From the IMG/VR virus record IMGVR_UViG_3300006620_000007: a DNA stretch of 64,000 bases; one strand, written 5' to 3'. Position 1 is the stretch's first letter; every line of letters begins with the position of its first letter. Origin of the DNA: a virus (lineage: Duplodnaviria; Caudoviricetes). Made by a program: the position numbers and the translations under genes. Below, in pieces: positions 1 through 10,041 of the stretch. The notes beneath the pieces were generated by a model. It saw nothing but the letters and a program-made list of their open reading frames with translations, was not told the DNA's origin and made no database searches.

Positions 1-456
1 CACTCTATACCAACCCCAATTACGTTTCGTCTTTGGGTATTTGTAATTCTCTAAAATCCAACTACTTGAATTTATTTTGTCTGTGCCGCCTACTCCATAT
101 ACAAATTCTATTTTGTCACCATATATAGCATACTCAGGTACGTTACCATCAACCCTGTCACCACCGTTGGCAAACACATACTCTCCTACAGTAGTAGCCA
201 TTAGTTTGTAGATTGCCCCACATGCTGTACCATCACTGTCATCAAAACTTATTACGTTGTCAACACATTCAAGTTCACGTATGATAGCAAGGCGTTCTGC
301 AAATGGCATGAAAGGTTGACCCTTCTTTGCTGTCAACCACTCATCACTGTTTAGTCCAACAATCAATTTGTCACCAAGTTTCTTTGCCGCTTTAAAGTAC
401 GCCAAATGACCTGAGTGTAGTGGATCGAAGCCACCTGTAACCAACACATACTTCAT
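1..456 (-). CDS. Cytidylyltransferase-family nucleotidyltransferase fused to the start of a cupin domain (runs off window start)
   Basis: Not in the ORF track. Manual translation from ATG 456 gives MKYVLVTGGFDPLHSGH (HxGH motif)...GLNSD...FANGGDR...GVGG...SSS, then KTKRNWGWYRV, typical of the start of ManC-type cupins. Confidence 0.8.
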   Translation of the reverse strand, partial: MKYVLVTGGFDPLHSGHLAYFKAAKKLGDKLIVGLNSDEWLTAKKGQPFMPFAERLAIIRELECVDNVISFDDSDGTACGAIYKLMATTVGEYVFANGGDRVDGNVPEYAIYGDKIEFVYGVGGTDKINSSSWILENYKYPKTKRNWGWYRV

Positions 457-518
457 AAATGTATTTAATTTAGTGCCAGATAACATTGTTTATTCCTGGT
501 TGCTCAATAAGTAATTAC

Positions 519-1112
519 ATGGACACATTGAATTTATTTGTTAATAGTATCAGTAGAGTTACGTTTTCAAAACACAAAGATATCAAAAAATTATTTGATA
601 GAGTTGTTGAAGACTACCAAAAGCAAACCAACAATGTTAATATACAGCATATTAATACTTGGCAGAGCAAGGATAACTTTCACACTAATAACGCTTTCAA
701 ACACATCAGCGAGAGTGATGATGTTAAGGGTTTTGTTAAGTCTATTACTGAAAAATTTGAAGTTAAACAAGGACAGCATATTGCTATTACAAGAGCATAC
801 ATTCAAACAGTATTGCCAGGTGGTTGCTTAACTAAAACAAAAAACACAAATAGTTTTTATTCAGGTATGTACTTTGTAACCAGCGATCCAAAAAGTGGCG
901 GACTTGTAATTGACAATCCTGTAAGTGAATATTACTTCAGTAAGATTCCAGTTGAAAATAAAAACGCATACAATAGTTGGCAAACGTATTTGCCAATGCC
1001 AGAAGGCGAGATGTATTTTATTCCAGGATATTTAGACGTTAGTACTACACCTAACTTGAGTAAAACTAATTTGGATATTATTACTTTTGATCTCGAAATA
1101 ATCAAAAAATGA
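519..1112 (+). CDS. 2OG-Fe(II) oxygenase-fold protein (TIGR02466-like), apparently lacking metal ligands
   Basis: SFYSGMYFV...SGGLVIDNP...PEGEMYFIPGYL...ITFD pattern; ATG 519 chosen because it lies 5 nt after a TAAGTA box. Confidence 0.6.
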   Translation: MDTLNLFVNSISRVTFSKHKDIKKLFDRVVEDYQKQTNNVNIQHINTWQSKDNFHTNNAFKHISESDDVKGFVKSITEKFEVKQGQHIAITRAYIQTVLPGGCLTKTKNTNSFYSGMYFVTSDPKSGGLVIDNPVSEYYFSKIPVENKNAYNSWQTYLPMPEGEMYFIPGYLDVSTTPNLSKTNLDIITFDLEIIKK

Positions 1113-1534
1113 CAAACGAAGAAGTTCTAACACTAATCGAGAACTCAAATCAAAATAAGTTTAGCAATGTACTGTTGTTACCCTTAGGTGATGATGTGTT
1201 AGACAACCATATAGAACAATGGTTATTGGAACGTGTAAACGTGGTTAAAATGCCCGTGTATACCCCTGAATCATTAGAGTATGCTGTTGCCCGTGTAGAC
1301 TATGCTTTGTGTACTGTAGGGCCCTTAAAATGCGTCTTAGACGCCAGTATACCTATGTTTATCAACATGCATGATACTGAGTTTGACATAGTAAATAAAG
1401 ATAACAGATTTGTATTTGATCCTTTTAGAAATGAAGACAAAACCAAAATTGATTATACAACTGTATTAGATTTAGCAACCAAATGTTTAAAGAAAGACTT
1501 GGATAAACACTGGATACCATATTATGAAATGTAG
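1109..1534 (+). CDS. Hypothetical protein
   Basis: 141-aa ORF overlapping both neighbours, consistent with translational coupling. Confidence 0.6.
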   Translation: MTNEEVLTLIENSNQNKFSNVLLLPLGDDVLDNHIEQWLLERVNVVKMPVYTPESLEYAVARVDYALCTVGPLKCVLDASIPMFINMHDTEFDIVNKDNRFVFDPFRNEDKTKIDYTTVLDLATKCLKKDLDKHWIPYYEM

Positions 1535-2462
1535 TGCATTTTGGAATCACACCAATATAAGAAGTGGCAACAGAGTCTACCCTTGTTGTAGATTCAAACG
1601 TTCTATTGCTACATTCGATGGAGACATTGACAACGTATTACACAGTACAGCCTATCAAGACCTACGTGAACAAAGTGCTAAAGGTGAATTCATTAAAGGC
1701 TGTGAAAAGTGTTTCTATGAAGAAAAGATAGGACACAAAAGCCTACGTGAGGAGTTCAACGAAAAATATTCAATGGACAAAGTTGAACTAAAGTTTCTTG
1801 AAATTGGTTTTGATAACTTGTGTAATTTAACTTGTGATGGTTGTAATTCAGAGTTTAGTACAAGTTGGATTGTAAAAGAAAAAGAAATTTACGGAGCACC
1901 TAAACACAAGTTAATGGAGATCGATGACGTTACAAACGTACCAGACACTCTTGACAAGATATTGTTTCTTGGAGGAGAGCCATTAATTACTAACAGGCAT
2001 TTGAAACTGTTACGTCAAATAAAAAACAAAAGCCATGTTGAAATTATATACAACACTAACGGAACGTTTATACCTAATGATGAAGTTGTTGAAGAACTAA
2101 GGCACTATAAGAAAGTAACTTTTATCTTAAGTATTGATGGCATAGGCGAACTTGGAGAACGTGTACGTGGCGGAACTAAATGGCCTGATGTTGTTAAATT
2201 TATTGATTGGGTTCACGACAATATGTATACATTAGAATTTAATTCTGTGCTACACAAAAACAACTACATGGGTCTAAAAGACTTACATGACTTCTGTACA
2301 AGATTTACAAACACACGTTGGTATATTAACGTACTGACATTCCCTTTTGATTTAGATATCAATGTACTTGATGCTGATGCTAAGAATAGTATTATTAGTG
2401 ATGCAGAAAGATTAAACTTACCTAACAAAGATTTTATTATTAATCATTTACAAAAGAATTAA
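1524..2462 (+). CDS. Radical SAM protein with N-terminal twitch/SPASM-type auxiliary Cys motif
   Basis: CNLTCDGC (CxxxCxxC), LGGEP, YNTNG, SIDG; N-terminal C...YPCC...GCEKC. Confidence 0.9.
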   Translation: MKCSAFWNHTNIRSGNRVYPCCRFKRSIATFDGDIDNVLHSTAYQDLREQSAKGEFIKGCEKCFYEEKIGHKSLREEFNEKYSMDKVELKFLEIGFDNLCNLTCDGCNSEFSTSWIVKEKEIYGAPKHKLMEIDDVTNVPDTLDKILFLGGEPLITNRHLKLLRQIKNKSHVEIIYNTNGTFIPNDEVVEELRHYKKVTFILSIDGIGELGERVRGGTKWPDVVKFIDWVHDNMYTLEFNSVLHKNNYMGLKDLHDFCTRFTNTRWYINVLTFPFDLDINVLDADAKNSIISDAERLNLPNKDFIINHLQKN

Positions 2463-3594
2463 TCTTATGTAGTAATTCAACAGGCTGTTTTTGTTGAAAC
2501 AAATTAAGATAATGTTCTCTATTATATTCTAATATAGTTGTAAGTTCGTTGTACATGTCTTGTAGTTCATGTATGTTATAACTGTTTAGTTTATCAACTT
2601 CACCCATTGCCATTGCAAGTCTTGTTGAAGGATCTTCTTCGTTGTCATATGATTCATCTATAATTTGGCTAAAGGTCATAAAGCCAAGTTCACGCAATAG
2701 TGCTAACGTTCCTTTCAATCCAACAACAATAAACGGGTGCTTATATAAGAAACACTTCAATGCTTTTTCTGTAAATGCTTGTCTATTATTATCCCAAAAG
2801 TCTCCTTCGGTAACAATGCTAAAATAACTTTCTTTGTAATAATCATCTGCACTTGGCAAACTTCTTGACATTGATTTATATGTAACTTCGTTCAAGTCTA
2901 ATTCTACAGGCAAGTTGTCTTGTAATAATGTTACAAATTCTTTTGGTAAATTAGTATCTAATAAACTTTTATCAAGATACTTTCTGTGTTCTTGTTGTGT
3001 GCTATCGCCGTTGAATACATGTTCATATGCACCAAGCGGACAACTTAGGTATGTATGTTTAGCAATGTCATTCTTCAACAAATGGTGTGTTACTTGTAGT
3101 CTGTGCATACGTTCTTGCCTATTCAAACACAAGAACTTTTTCTTACGTAAGTTAGTGTTACCATTCCAATCTTTGTTGAGATGATTGCGTATATCAATGC
3201 CGTCATATCTATCAAGATGTAATTGTACATTAAAATATATTTTGTTATTTGTGTTAAGAAGTTTGTTGTTTGTTAGTATAACCCAGTCAACAATAAAAGG
3301 ATTGTCCTGTACAGTTTTTTCTACCAACGCAAGAAATGCATCGTCTGTAAGCCCCTCGTATGAGTCATCGATAACAAGAAAGGTCGGTATTTTATACGTT
3401 TTAAAAAAGTTAGTAAATGTTTCAAATGTGTAATCATTGTCTCCTACATATTCAAAGAATACTACAAGTTTATCTTGGTTCTCAAGTACCTTATCATTAT
3501 GTCCTTCAAATTCAATAATACCTTTGAAGTTCTCGATAAACGTACCAAGGCTTCTGGAATTACTATCCATTGTTATTAAAGGTATTTTCTTCAT
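2440..3594 (-). CDS. Putative GT-B glycosyltransferase-like protein (GT10-like C-terminal motif)
   Basis: KKFLCLNR..R.HR; YFSIVTE...FTEKALK...HPFIVVG resembles the GT10 FxLxFEN...TEK motif. Confidence 0.45.
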   Translation of the reverse strand: MKKIPLITMDSNSRSLGTFIENFKGIIEFEGHNDKVLENQDKLVVFFEYVGDNDYTFETFTNFFKTYKIPTFLVIDDSYEGLTDDAFLALVEKTVQDNPFIVDWVILTNNKLLNTNNKIYFNVQLHLDRYDGIDIRNHLNKDWNGNTNLRKKKFLCLNRQERMHRLQVTHHLLKNDIAKHTYLSCPLGAYEHVFNGDSTQQEHRKYLDKSLLDTNLPKEFVTLLQDNLPVELDLNEVTYKSMSRSLPSADDYYKESYFSIVTEGDFWDNNRQAFTEKALKCFLYKHPFIVVGLKGTLALLRELGFMTFSQIIDESYDNEEDPSTRLAMAMGEVDKLNSYNIHELQDMYNELTTILEYNREHYLNLFQQKQPVELLHKINSFVND

Positions 3595-4454
3595 AGTAAT
3601 TTTACATTCTTAACCACTGCTTCTTCTTGTGGTTTTAGTTTTGGATTAGCAGGACACATTGCACAAATGCTGTGTGGTTTGAAAATATTTTTAACAAATT
3701 CTTCAAGTTCACTTTCTTGTACATCAATGTTAAGTCCTTTGTAATCTACATATGGTTTCCAATCAACATCATCTATTTGTCCTGCTTTGCTCAAGTATGT
3801 ACGCACCATACTAATAGGAGGACACTTGTATAACTGTCCTTTGTATATTATAGGATATATGTTTACACCACATGCTTTATAACTTGCTTCTGGATCTTTG
3901 TCAGTCCAAGGCTTTAGTTTGCCGTTGATTGTTTGTCTATAATCATACCAGCCACCTTCTGTAGGATCAGTAACTTCTACTTCAACATCATCTTGCTTAT
4001 GTGCAATATCACTAACCATACTCCAGTTGCCTTTGCTGTAAAAAGCATTCCATAAATTAGTTTCTACCATTTCTCTAACCTTAGGATTTTTATTATGCAA
4101 ACTACAACTAATTTTTGCTCTGCCTATTTTCTTAAGAACTTTTAGTATTTCTGGACGCTTAGGTAATAAGAATCCGTTAGTATAAACTTCAATGACTGCA
4201 TGATCGAATATACGTCTTGCTTCTTTTAATATATCGTATATGCGTGGGTGTAACAACGGCTCACCACCAATTATAGTTACATGGTCTGGGTCAAGTCTTT
4301 TACCCCATGCTTCCATATTCTTAATGATGTCTTCAAATGATTCTACGAATGGCAAGTTGTGATCAATAAACCTATCGCAACCCGGACACGCCAGATCACA
4401 ACTTGTCGTAATCATGTATTCAAGATTTGGTATATGATAACCGCGTTTACTCAA
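3591..4454 (-). CDS. Radical SAM protein
   Basis: CDLACPGC, IGGEPLLHP, YTNG; C-terminal C...YKCP...CAMC auxiliary Cys. Confidence 0.9.
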   Translation of the reverse strand: MSKRGYHIPNLEYMITTSCDLACPGCDRFIDHNLPFVESFEDIIKNMEAWGKRLDPDHVTIIGGEPLLHPRIYDILKEARRIFDHAVIEVYTNGFLLPKRPEILKVLKKIGRAKISCSLHNKNPKVREMVETNLWNAFYSKGNWSMVSDIAHKQDDVEVEVTDPTEGGWYDYRQTINGKLKPWTDKDPEASYKACGVNIYPIIYKGQLYKCPPISMVRTYLSKAGQIDDVDWKPYVDYKGLNIDVQESELEEFVKNIFKPHSICAMCPANPKLKPQEEAVVKNVKLL

Positions 4455-5508
4455 AGTAACTTTCCAATGTGCCTTTACGTTTCGTATCTAAAGTAACACA
4501 ATGGAAGCCACCACTCAATGTACGTGCTTGACGCATCGGTAATGCTATACTTTCAATTCCCCATTTATCTAATTCTTTACGCAGGTCTTCTTGATTCTCA
4601 TCACAAATTACAAGTTTCTCATTAACACTCATAAAGTTCAAACCAATATACTTACTGCATGGCGAAACGTTGTTAGGCAAGTTAGTGCCGATATCATGTA
4701 CCTTATCACCTGGGAAGAAAATCTTATCCCAGTTTTTAAAGATAGGTGGATACCAGTCAGGTGTAATTCTATCTCCGTTAAACAATACAAGTCCAGGACG
4801 TAATGGAATTACTGTGCTGTCAAAGTGTGAATAACTATAGAATTTTTCAGCAAGATGAATTTTGTATCCTAAAGGTTCAAGGATAGTTTTTAACCACTGT
4901 CCTCCTAATAGTGTACCACTGTTGCTTACTTGATAGATTAAATCCTTACCAAGTCTTACTACGTTAGGTGCATCAAATACAATTTCTTTATTAACAAGTG
5001 TAGGAATACTTAGGTCTTCAAGTTGATAACTTTCATCAAGTAGTCTTGGGCGAGGCGCACTAATCCATTGCGATCCACCTGCCATTGCTTCATATAAAAA
5101 TTCTCTATATGCTGTTGTTTCGTATTGTCTTGCTCTCATTGCACCTGGACAATCAATAATAAGATTGTTAAGTGGCAATAATAAATCTCTTGGACAGTAT
5201 GTATACCAACCTGTAGTTTTCCAATCTGGAGAACCAAATTCTACGCTGTGATCAATTGACTCTGGGCGTCTAACTTTAACTCCAAGGTTAGTTAAAAGTT
5301 TGGCAAGGCCATCAAGGTCCTCATTTGCTTCGTCAATTACCCACTCAGGACTTGGTCCTTCTAAGTCTTTGATGTGTTCATATTTGCAATCTGCAAATCC
5401 AAAACTGTGCGTTGATTTATCTACTGTTGGTATTCTTGCATGATCGGCGATACCCACAAAACATTCTTCTAATGGATCCCAATCATTGTGACTGCTTACT
5501 ACTGTCAT
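4447..5508 (-). CDS. Amidinotransferase (glycine / inosamine-phosphate amidinotransferase family)
   Basis: SHNDWDPLEE start, CPRD, FDA, SHFDST, and catalytic GGFHCVT. Confidence 0.92.
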   Translation of the reverse strand: MTVVSSHNDWDPLEECFVGIADHARIPTVDKSTHSFGFADCKYEHIKDLEGPSPEWVIDEANEDLDGLAKLLTNLGVKVRRPESIDHSVEFGSPDWKTTGWYTYCPRDLLLPLNNLIIDCPGAMRARQYETTAYREFLYEAMAGGSQWISAPRPRLLDESYQLEDLSIPTLVNKEIVFDAPNVVRLGKDLIYQVSNSGTLLGGQWLKTILEPLGYKIHLAEKFYSYSHFDSTVIPLRPGLVLFNGDRITPDWYPPIFKNWDKIFFPGDKVHDIGTNLPNNVSPCSKYIGLNFMSVNEKLVICDENQEDLRKELDKWGIESIALPMRQARTLSGGFHCVTLDTKRKGTLESYFE

Positions 5509-5555
5509 ATTAATCTCCTTGGTTAGTTAGTCATATTTAAATGGCTATTGTGAGA

Positions 5556-6431
5556 TTATGTGCCAGAACTGGTATTGACTATTTCGCCTATTAGTTCGCT
5601 AATACACACTCTATTGACGTCACTGCCTCGGTTCCAATCCTTCCATTTGTCGTCTCCGATGCCAAACATAATGCAGTCTGTGGGTAGTAAGTTCTTATCT
5701 TCTATTGCTTGATTGTAAGCAGTTGCATACTGTTGCCAGTTCCAATCTACAGAAAAGTTTTGTATTAAACTATTTGCAATGCTTATATCAATTCTGTTAT
5801 TCATTTCTACAGAATTAAACACATCAATGCCGTCATCTGTATCTACACGTTCACAACGTACACCTACACGTAAAAATTCAGCACCATAAAATGCTTTGCT
5901 AATACTAAATGTAATAGTTTCTACACACTTCCATTGTGCTAAATTTACATTAATATTCTTTGTACAAGGATAATATGCAAAGTCAAGTAGCACAGGAATC
6001 TCCAAAGCATTACAGTTATGCAAGTAATACTCAAGGTCAACATGCTGTCTACCATAGTCACTAAAGGGAACACTTGTGATAAAAACATCGTCCCATTCAA
6101 GTGGTGCGTCTTCAAGGTATTCCCAATCACAACCATGTTTCAGACATGCACTATGATACATAAATTCACCTTTGTGAAATCTAAAACGTTTGTTCTTGTG
6201 TCTAAAATAAAAATGATCAAAGGCTTGTACAGTACCACAAACTAATTTTTGGCTTGGAAATAAATCAAGTCCTGTTAGTTTATTGTTACCGCTATCGCTT
6301 ATCCATTTCATAAATGTTTTGATAAACGTAGATGGTAATTCTTCGTTGTACAAATCATTTACAGGATTTAATTCTGTAATAAACTTTTTAATTTTGTTGT
6401 CTGTTACAGGTTTAGCGCCTCTTAAATTCAT
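5556..6431 (-). CDS. PLP-dependent fold-type I enzyme (aminotransferase/lyase-like)
   Basis: LLDFAY (PLP Asp) and TFSISKAF (Schiff-base Lys) followed by LRVG. Confidence 0.65.
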   Translation of the reverse strand: MNLRGAKPVTDNKIKKFITELNPVNDLYNEELPSTFIKTFMKWISDSGNNKLTGLDLFPSQKLVCGTVQAFDHFYFRHKNKRFRFHKGEFMYHSACLKHGCDWEYLEDAPLEWDDVFITSVPFSDYGRQHVDLEYYLHNCNALEIPVLLDFAYYPCTKNINVNLAQWKCVETITFSISKAFYGAEFLRVGVRCERVDTDDGIDVFNSVEMNNRIDISIANSLIQNFSVDWNWQQYATAYNQAIEDKNLLPTDCIMFGIGDDKWKDWNRGSDVNRVCISELIGEIVNTSSGT

Positions 6432-6930
6432 TCTTTACTCCAGTTACTTGCATAGTATACTTAGGCCTCATTCCGCTATTAGCACTTAAATGCGGCTCAT
6501 CTTTTTGAATAATAATTGCATCACCACGTTTCCATTTTGTGATAGGTGTATTGTTTATTTCAAAATAATGTCCACTCTGCCAGTCTTCTAAAAAAATATT
6601 AATACGGCAACATTCGTCAGGATCAACTCCGTAGTTCTTTGATATCATATAAAACGTATCAACGTGCTCTGGTAATACTTGTCCTGGTGCTTGTTGCATT
6701 ACTGCTACAGTACATCTGTCAAATAACGACTTACCAAAGTTAATAAAATGTTCATTATCTGGAAATGCTTGTTTATATTGTGTGTTGTCTTTTGTATAAC
6801 CTGCAAGATGATATTTTTTATTTTGTGATTCAAATGCAGTTGCTCTGCCTTGATCACTTACGTTATCTTTATCATCATAAAGAAGTTGTTTGTAATTAAG
6901 TTCTGGTATATCTAATTTTATTTGGTCCAT
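6412..6930 (-). CDS. Cupin / 2OG-Fe(II) oxygenase (Asp/Asn beta-hydroxylase-like)
   Basis: PGQVLPEHVD (HxD), distal PHLSAN, KYTMQVTG. Confidence 0.7.
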   Translation of the reverse strand: MDQIKLDIPELNYKQLLYDDKDNVSDQGRATAFESQNKKYHLAGYTKDNTQYKQAFPDNEHFINFGKSLFDRCTVAVMQQAPGQVLPEHVDTFYMISKNYGVDPDECCRINIFLEDWQSGHYFEINNTPITKWKRGDAIIIQKDEPHLSANSGMRPKYTMQVTGVKNEFKRR

Positions 6931-7664
6931 GGTTTGTCGTATGCTACTTTCTCTTTATCATCAAACCAATACAAACTTCTGTGTGGAGGATGTTTAGAGT
7001 CGTGTTCTGCGTTACTAACATAATAGAACAAACGCAATGCTTTTCTACTTGTACCTTCCGGGTTTGTCATTGGTTCAGGGTAACCGTGAAATGCAAAGTT
7101 ATCATAACTCCATATAACGGCATTACCTGCACCTACAGGAACTTTGCTGTGTATAGTTTCTCTTTTTCTATCGTAAAACTGTAACTGTCCACCCCAATCT
7201 TGATCCCAATCTTCATTAAGATAGATTACTAAACTTACCATTCGGTGTAATCTAAGTTGTTCATTCCAATTGAAATCGCTGTGTACTTTTAAACTATCAC
7301 CTGTTAATGACTTACAATATCCTGCACCTATAAGATGAGGATCAGGTATTAGATCAACTGTGTCAGTAACCTCTTGTAACCATTTAATAAACTTTCCACT
7401 GTGTAGTGCATGTATAACTGCATCTTGTACAGGTGTCTTATCAACATTATTATATTCATACATACATGAACCTGCTCTTGTAAAATGCTTACAGTCTTCA
7501 AGTGGAACTTCTTCCAACTCTTTGGCCATTGCTTTTACAAGTTCATTAGGAACAAGATTGTCTATAGTTAATAAACTATAACTTGGGTGACTACGATACT
7601 TTTGTTGTAGTTCGTATGTGTTTGGAAAATTCTTTTCAATGTGATCTAAAAGTTGTTGCTTCAT
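6918..7664 (-). CDS. 2OG-Fe(II) oxygenase (prolyl-4-hydroxylase-like)
   Basis: LKVHSDFN (HxD), YLN..W....GGQL, FHG, RKALRLFYY. Confidence 0.88.
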   Translation of the reverse strand: MKQQLLDHIEKNFPNTYELQQKYRSHPSYSLLTIDNLVPNELVKAMAKELEEVPLEDCKHFTRAGSCMYEYNNVDKTPVQDAVIHALHSGKFIKWLQEVTDTVDLIPDPHLIGAGYCKSLTGDSLKVHSDFNWNEQLRLHRMVSLVIYLNEDWDQDWGGQLQFYDRKRETIHSKVPVGAGNAVIWSYDNFAFHGYPEPMTNPEGTSRKALRLFYYVSNAEHDSKHPPHRSLYWFDDKEKVAYDKPWTK

Positions 7665-8362
7665 TTTTTTATTAATTCAAAACCTTTTCTATCTATATCT
7701 AATTCTTTAATGTAGATATCAACGTACTTGTCAATGATAGACTTGATTTCGGATTCAGTTGCAATGTCTTTCTTGATCATAAAACCTGTCCACGAAGTTG
7801 CAGTCTTTAGCAAATACTCGTCATGTGTTTCGTACAACTTGGGTTCAAGTTTGTCATAACCATATTCTTCAGGTTTTTCTGCATCATGAAATATCATAAC
7901 ATCAGTTACACCTGTTAAACAATCAACTGTTGATTTCCTACAAGAAGCAAAGCCGTCTGTAAAAATTAAACTTGACTTATACGGCATTATTTTAATTTCA
8001 TTTGCAAGTGATGTGTAGTAATTGTCAATAGCAGTTTTCTGTGATTCGTTAAGTTGGCTTGGCAAAATTTTAATGCTTTCAATACCAAGTGGAGCAATAT
8101 CGTGATGCCTCCATTCACTCTTACTTGTAATAGCACCTAAGTTTTCTTCTTTGACTAAGTCTAACCATCCTTGTTCGCTTTCAACATGAATAATCTTTTG
8201 TGCAGGAAATCTAACAAATAAAGGTGTTGAATAACGTCCTACTCCTAATTCAAGTATTAGTTCGGGGTTAATTAATTCAACCATTGCTCTAACTACTGGT
8301 TGATGTGTGCTCCATCTATAATGGAAGTTTTTTCCGAATTTCTTTGCACTTTTAATTCTCAT
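7661..8362 (-). CDS. Class I SAM-methyltransferase-like protein
   Basis: ILELGVGRYST motif I, IFTDG, IFHD. Confidence 0.6.
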   Translation of the reverse strand: MRIKSAKKFGKNFHYRWSTHQPVVRAMVELINPELILELGVGRYSTPLFVRFPAQKIIHVESEQGWLDLVKEENLGAITSKSEWRHHDIAPLGIESIKILPSQLNESQKTAIDNYYTSLANEIKIMPYKSSLIFTDGFASCRKSTVDCLTGVTDVMIFHDAEKPEEYGYDKLEPKLYETHDEYLLKTATSWTGFMIKKDIATESEIKSIIDKYVDIYIKELDIDRKGFELIKK

Positions 8363-9344
8363 TGTTTCTCTCTACAGTATATACTTCTTTTACATTTTCA
8401 AAACTTTTGATTGAAGGTGTAATCAAAGGCTTTGATTTATTATTCTTCTTTACTTCTTTACGTGTTTGCCCAATTAACTCCATACTTGGCGTTACAAAAA
8501 ACACTACATCAACATCTGGATAATATTCCAAACCTCTGTAATCAAAAAGCACAAACTTGTCAATATTATTTAAGTCCGCTACGTCAATTCTTGTGTTTTC
8601 TTGGCCCTTAATAGGATCAAGTAGCAAGTCGTCTACAAGAGTAAACTTATGTTCTAACTGTTGTAAATGCTTTCTAATATAAGTTTTTCCTGAAAATGAT
8701 TTTCCTACTACTGCAATTTTATCATATTTGCTATTAACAATAGCCTGTATAGCATCGTCAATCTTCATCTTTTCCCTTGTACATCTAAAGAAAGGTCTAC
8801 TTACAGGTGTGTTACCCATATATTTGATTTCTGTGAAGTCTGTATATTCAACAAGATTTTGCATATACTTGTTGTATGTTTGTTTACCATGCCCTTCAAA
8901 ATACATAACTTTGTTAGTTTTGCGACATGCTTTGCTTAAAATTCCGTATCTATTTTCAAGTTCAATAGTATCAATAACTGCAAGAAACATAACAACATCA
9001 AAGTTGTCTATGCTTGTCCAAAGAAAATTACTGTCTAAATCATCTACAACAAACTGTACATTTTCAATATCCAATTGATCTTTAATTTCATTTGCATTGT
9101 TTACTGCATTAGCATCATATTCAATACCCACAACATTTTTTGCACCCCAAGTTGATGCTTGAAAACTCATCTGTCCCATGTTGCACCCTAAGTCAACTAC
9201 AGTAGCATCTTTGAAATCGTTTGGATCATAGTAAGCAATTCTACTGTTAAGATCACGTTTACCTTTAATACCCAATTGTGGTATTTCATGATAGTCATCA
9301 AACCAATTATCTCTTTTTACTAAATTTTTATTTTTTTTGCTCAC
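8352..9344 (-). CDS. SAM-dependent methyltransferase fused to a P-loop domain
   Basis: VVDLGCNMG, GIEYD, FDVVMFLAV; C-terminal AVVGKSFSGKT Walker A. Confidence 0.75.
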   Translation of the reverse strand: MSKKNKNLVKRDNWFDDYHEIPQLGIKGKRDLNSRIAYYDPNDFKDATVVDLGCNMGQMSFQASTWGAKNVVGIEYDANAVNNANEIKDQLDIENVQFVVDDLDSNFLWTSIDNFDVVMFLAVIDTIELENRYGILSKACRKTNKVMYFEGHGKQTYNKYMQNLVEYTDFTEIKYMGNTPVSRPFFRCTREKMKIDDAIQAIVNSKYDKIAVVGKSFSGKTYIRKHLQQLEHKFTLVDDLLLDPIKGQENTRIDVADLNNIDKFVLFDYRGLEYYPDVDVVFFVTPSMELIGQTRKEVKKNNKSKPLITPSIKSFENVKEVYTVERNNEN

Positions 9345-10041
9345 TCTTTGCTCCTAAATTCCTTGTTAAACTTTCTGAGTTTATGTTTATACCAATAGAG
9401 TAGAATGGATGTAAACGTGCCACTGGTACATTTGTTGATGTTAGTTCTAATAACTTAGATCCAATTTGTTGGTCGGCCGCTACAACATATCCGTGTTCAG
9501 AAACAAAGTCTAACAATCTTTGTGCGCCTTGAGGTTTGATAATGTAACTCCATGCACCTCTAAAATAATTACCTACGTAGTTTAGAGTACGTTTACCTTT
9601 TGCATGTATGTTATGATATGGTCCTACTACAACATCTTCTTTCATGCTTTGTTCAACTGCATGATTGTACGAACCACTATAAGGGTCAAACGGATCTAAC
9701 TTACATACATGCTTAAATTTTGTAAGTATGTCTTTGGGCAAAGGTCTAATAAAATATCCGTCATGTTCAAGAATAAGATATGGAATATTTTCTTCAACAC
9801 ATTCTTTCCATAGTCCGTAATGACTTAGAAAGCAACCAAGTACACCTAAGCGACCTTTTTTAACTTTGCTTATGGATTGAATACCATACTTTGCACAAGC
9901 AATATTGAAGTCATTGCCATTAACTGCATTGAAGTATTGTATAGCAACTCCATTTCTATAACCTTGTGCAACACACTCAGATGCCATTTGCACACTGTGA
10001 GCGTTGTCTTTTAGACATATAATCTTTGCTTTATAATCCAT
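9328..10041 (-). CDS. Glycosyltransferase family 25
   Basis: FNAVNG, GCFLSHYGLW, LILEHD, GAWSYIIKP.GA..LL. Confidence 0.85.
   Translation of the reverse strand: MDYKAKIICLKDNAHSVQMASECVAQGYRNGVAIQYFNAVNGNDFNIACAKYGIQSISKVKKGRLGVLGCFLSHYGLWKECVEENIPYLILEHDGYFIRPLPKDILTKFKHVCKLDPFDPYSGSYNHAVEQSMKEDVVVGPYHNIHAKGKRTLNYVGNYFRGAWSYIIKPQGAQRLLDFVSEHGYVVAADQQIGSKLLELTSTNVPVARLHPFYSIGININSESLTRNLGAKSEQKK

Noticed and set aside
6412-7664. 2OG oxygenases as TET/JBP DNA base hydroxylases
   Set aside because: Motifs fit the prolyl-4-hydroxylase-like and Asp-hydroxylase-like groups better, and no DNA methyltransferase partner is visible in the window.
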